A stretch of 64,000 nucleotides of DNA from an uncultured Ruminococcus sp. (lineage in GTDB: Bacteria; Bacillota; Clostridia; Oscillospirales; CAG-272), in NCBI GenBank assembly GCA_964621755.1, contig CAZUPI010000004.1, positions 10,821 through 74,820 of the forward strand, given 5' to 3'. The position numbers and the translations under genes were made by a program. The notes beneath the pieces are model-generated. The model did no database searches, was not told the origin of the DNA, and was given only the letters and a program-made list of their open reading frames with translations. Below, one piece after another: positions 63,324 to 64,000 of this stretch (the stretch's first letter is position 1; each line of letters opens with the position of its first letter).

Positions 63324-64000
63324 ATGAAAATTTTTCCTGCCATAGATATGTCTGAGGGATGCGCTGTCCGCTTGCTGAAGGGGGATTACCACCAGAAAAC
63401 CATCTACTCAGACGACCCCGTCTCGGTTGCCAAAGGATTCCGGCAAGCCGGCGGGGAAATTCTCCATCTTGTTGACCTCGACGGTGCAAAAGCCGGTTAT
63501 GCCGCAGCTTATGATATCGTGAAGAAAATTGCCGCGGAATCCGGCATGTTTGTCGAAATCGGCGGCGGCATCCGCAATGCGGAGACCATCCATCAATACC
63601 TTTCCGCCGGCGTCGGACGGGTGATTCTCGGGACTGCCGCTCTTCGTGACCGCGCGTTCCTTGAGGAGATGCTCCGCTTATACGGCGAAAAAATCGCGGT
63701 CGGCGTGGATATCAAAAACGGAAACGTCGCGGTGCAGGGGTGGACCGAGGACGACGGCGTCAAATATGCGGATTTTCTCGACTACCTCGACGGAATCGGC
63801 GTGAAGACCGTCATCTGTACCGATGTGTCAAAGGACGGCGCTATGCAAGGGACGAACAGACAGCTCTACCGTGAGCTTGCCGCAAAATATTCCTTCCAAG
63901 TCGTCGCGTCCGGCGGCGTGTCGACCATTGACGACATAAAAGCGCTTGCATCCATGAACCTTTATGGTGCAATCGTCGGAAAGGCGCTGTACACAGGAGC
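63324..64000 (+). CDS. hisA: 1-(5-phosphoribosyl)-5-[(5-phosphoribosylamino)methylideneamino]imidazole-4-carboxamide isomerase (3' end outside window)
   Basis: This ORF is not in the ORF track because no stop lies in the window. My translation from ATG 63324 reads MKIFPAIDMSEGCAVRLLKGDYHQKTIYSDDPVSVAKGFRQAGGEILHLVDLDGAKAG..., typical of HisA. Confidence 0.85.
   Translation, partial: MKIFPAIDMSEGCAVRLLKGDYHQKTIYSDDPVSVAKGFRQAGGEILHLVDLDGAKAGYAAAYDIVKKIAAESGMFVEIGGGIRNAETIHQYLSAGVGRVILGTAALRDRAFLEEMLRLYGEKIAVGVDIKNGNVAVQGWTEDDGVKYADFLDYLDGIGVKTVICTDVSKDGAMQGTNRQLYRELAAKYSFQVVASGGVSTIDDIKALASMNLYGAIVGKALYTG

Overview
GC-rich chromosomal window of Firmicutes/Clostridia type. This assignment rests on SleB-like and SpoVB-like genes, SLH domains, an Ile T-box leader, tilS-hpt-ftsH, and a hisZGDCBHA operon running off the 3' edge. 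I call about 46 intact CDS, 4 decayed gene fragments, 3 tRNAs (Val-CAC, Leu-CAA, Gln-CTG), one T-box riboswitch, 13 near-consensus sigma-A promoters, several intrinsic terminators and a dispersed family of palindromic intergenic hairpins. Most of the window is housekeeping: ABC exporter, coaD-rsmD, uvrC, ptsH-like, ileS, pepP-like, sortase B, rlmA-like, ftsH, pepF, his genes. Main standout (26.9-34.9 kb): an apparent operon encoding a miniature ResB-like protein and a CcsA-like haem-handling protein (System II cytochrome c maturation). It is followed by two very large exported proteins, each with two CxxCH haem-c motifs. One is a beta-propeller/di-haem cytochrome-c-peroxidase-like lipoprotein. 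The other is a 1358-aa TolB/PD40-propeller protein with a hydrazine-synthase-alpha-like haem region, tandem jelly-roll modules and a discoidin-like C-terminus. Two divergent orphan solute-binding lipoproteins bracket this cluster. c-type cytochrome machinery is unusual in a fermentative Clostridial context, so this is the best candidate for an undescribed system. Other notable items: an orphan holin / M23 peptidase / holin-like lysis cassette behind a perfect promoter, next to the 3' end of tRNA-Leu with no other phage genes. A 2.7-kb graveyard of frameshifted or truncated carbohydrate/redox genes, including an in-frame chimeric ORF. A repeat family of 'inside-out' hairpins (G/C base, A/T apex, core CTTTTTGAAAAAG) at gene 3' ends. 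Everything is from reading the sequence and the ORF translations; no database search was run.
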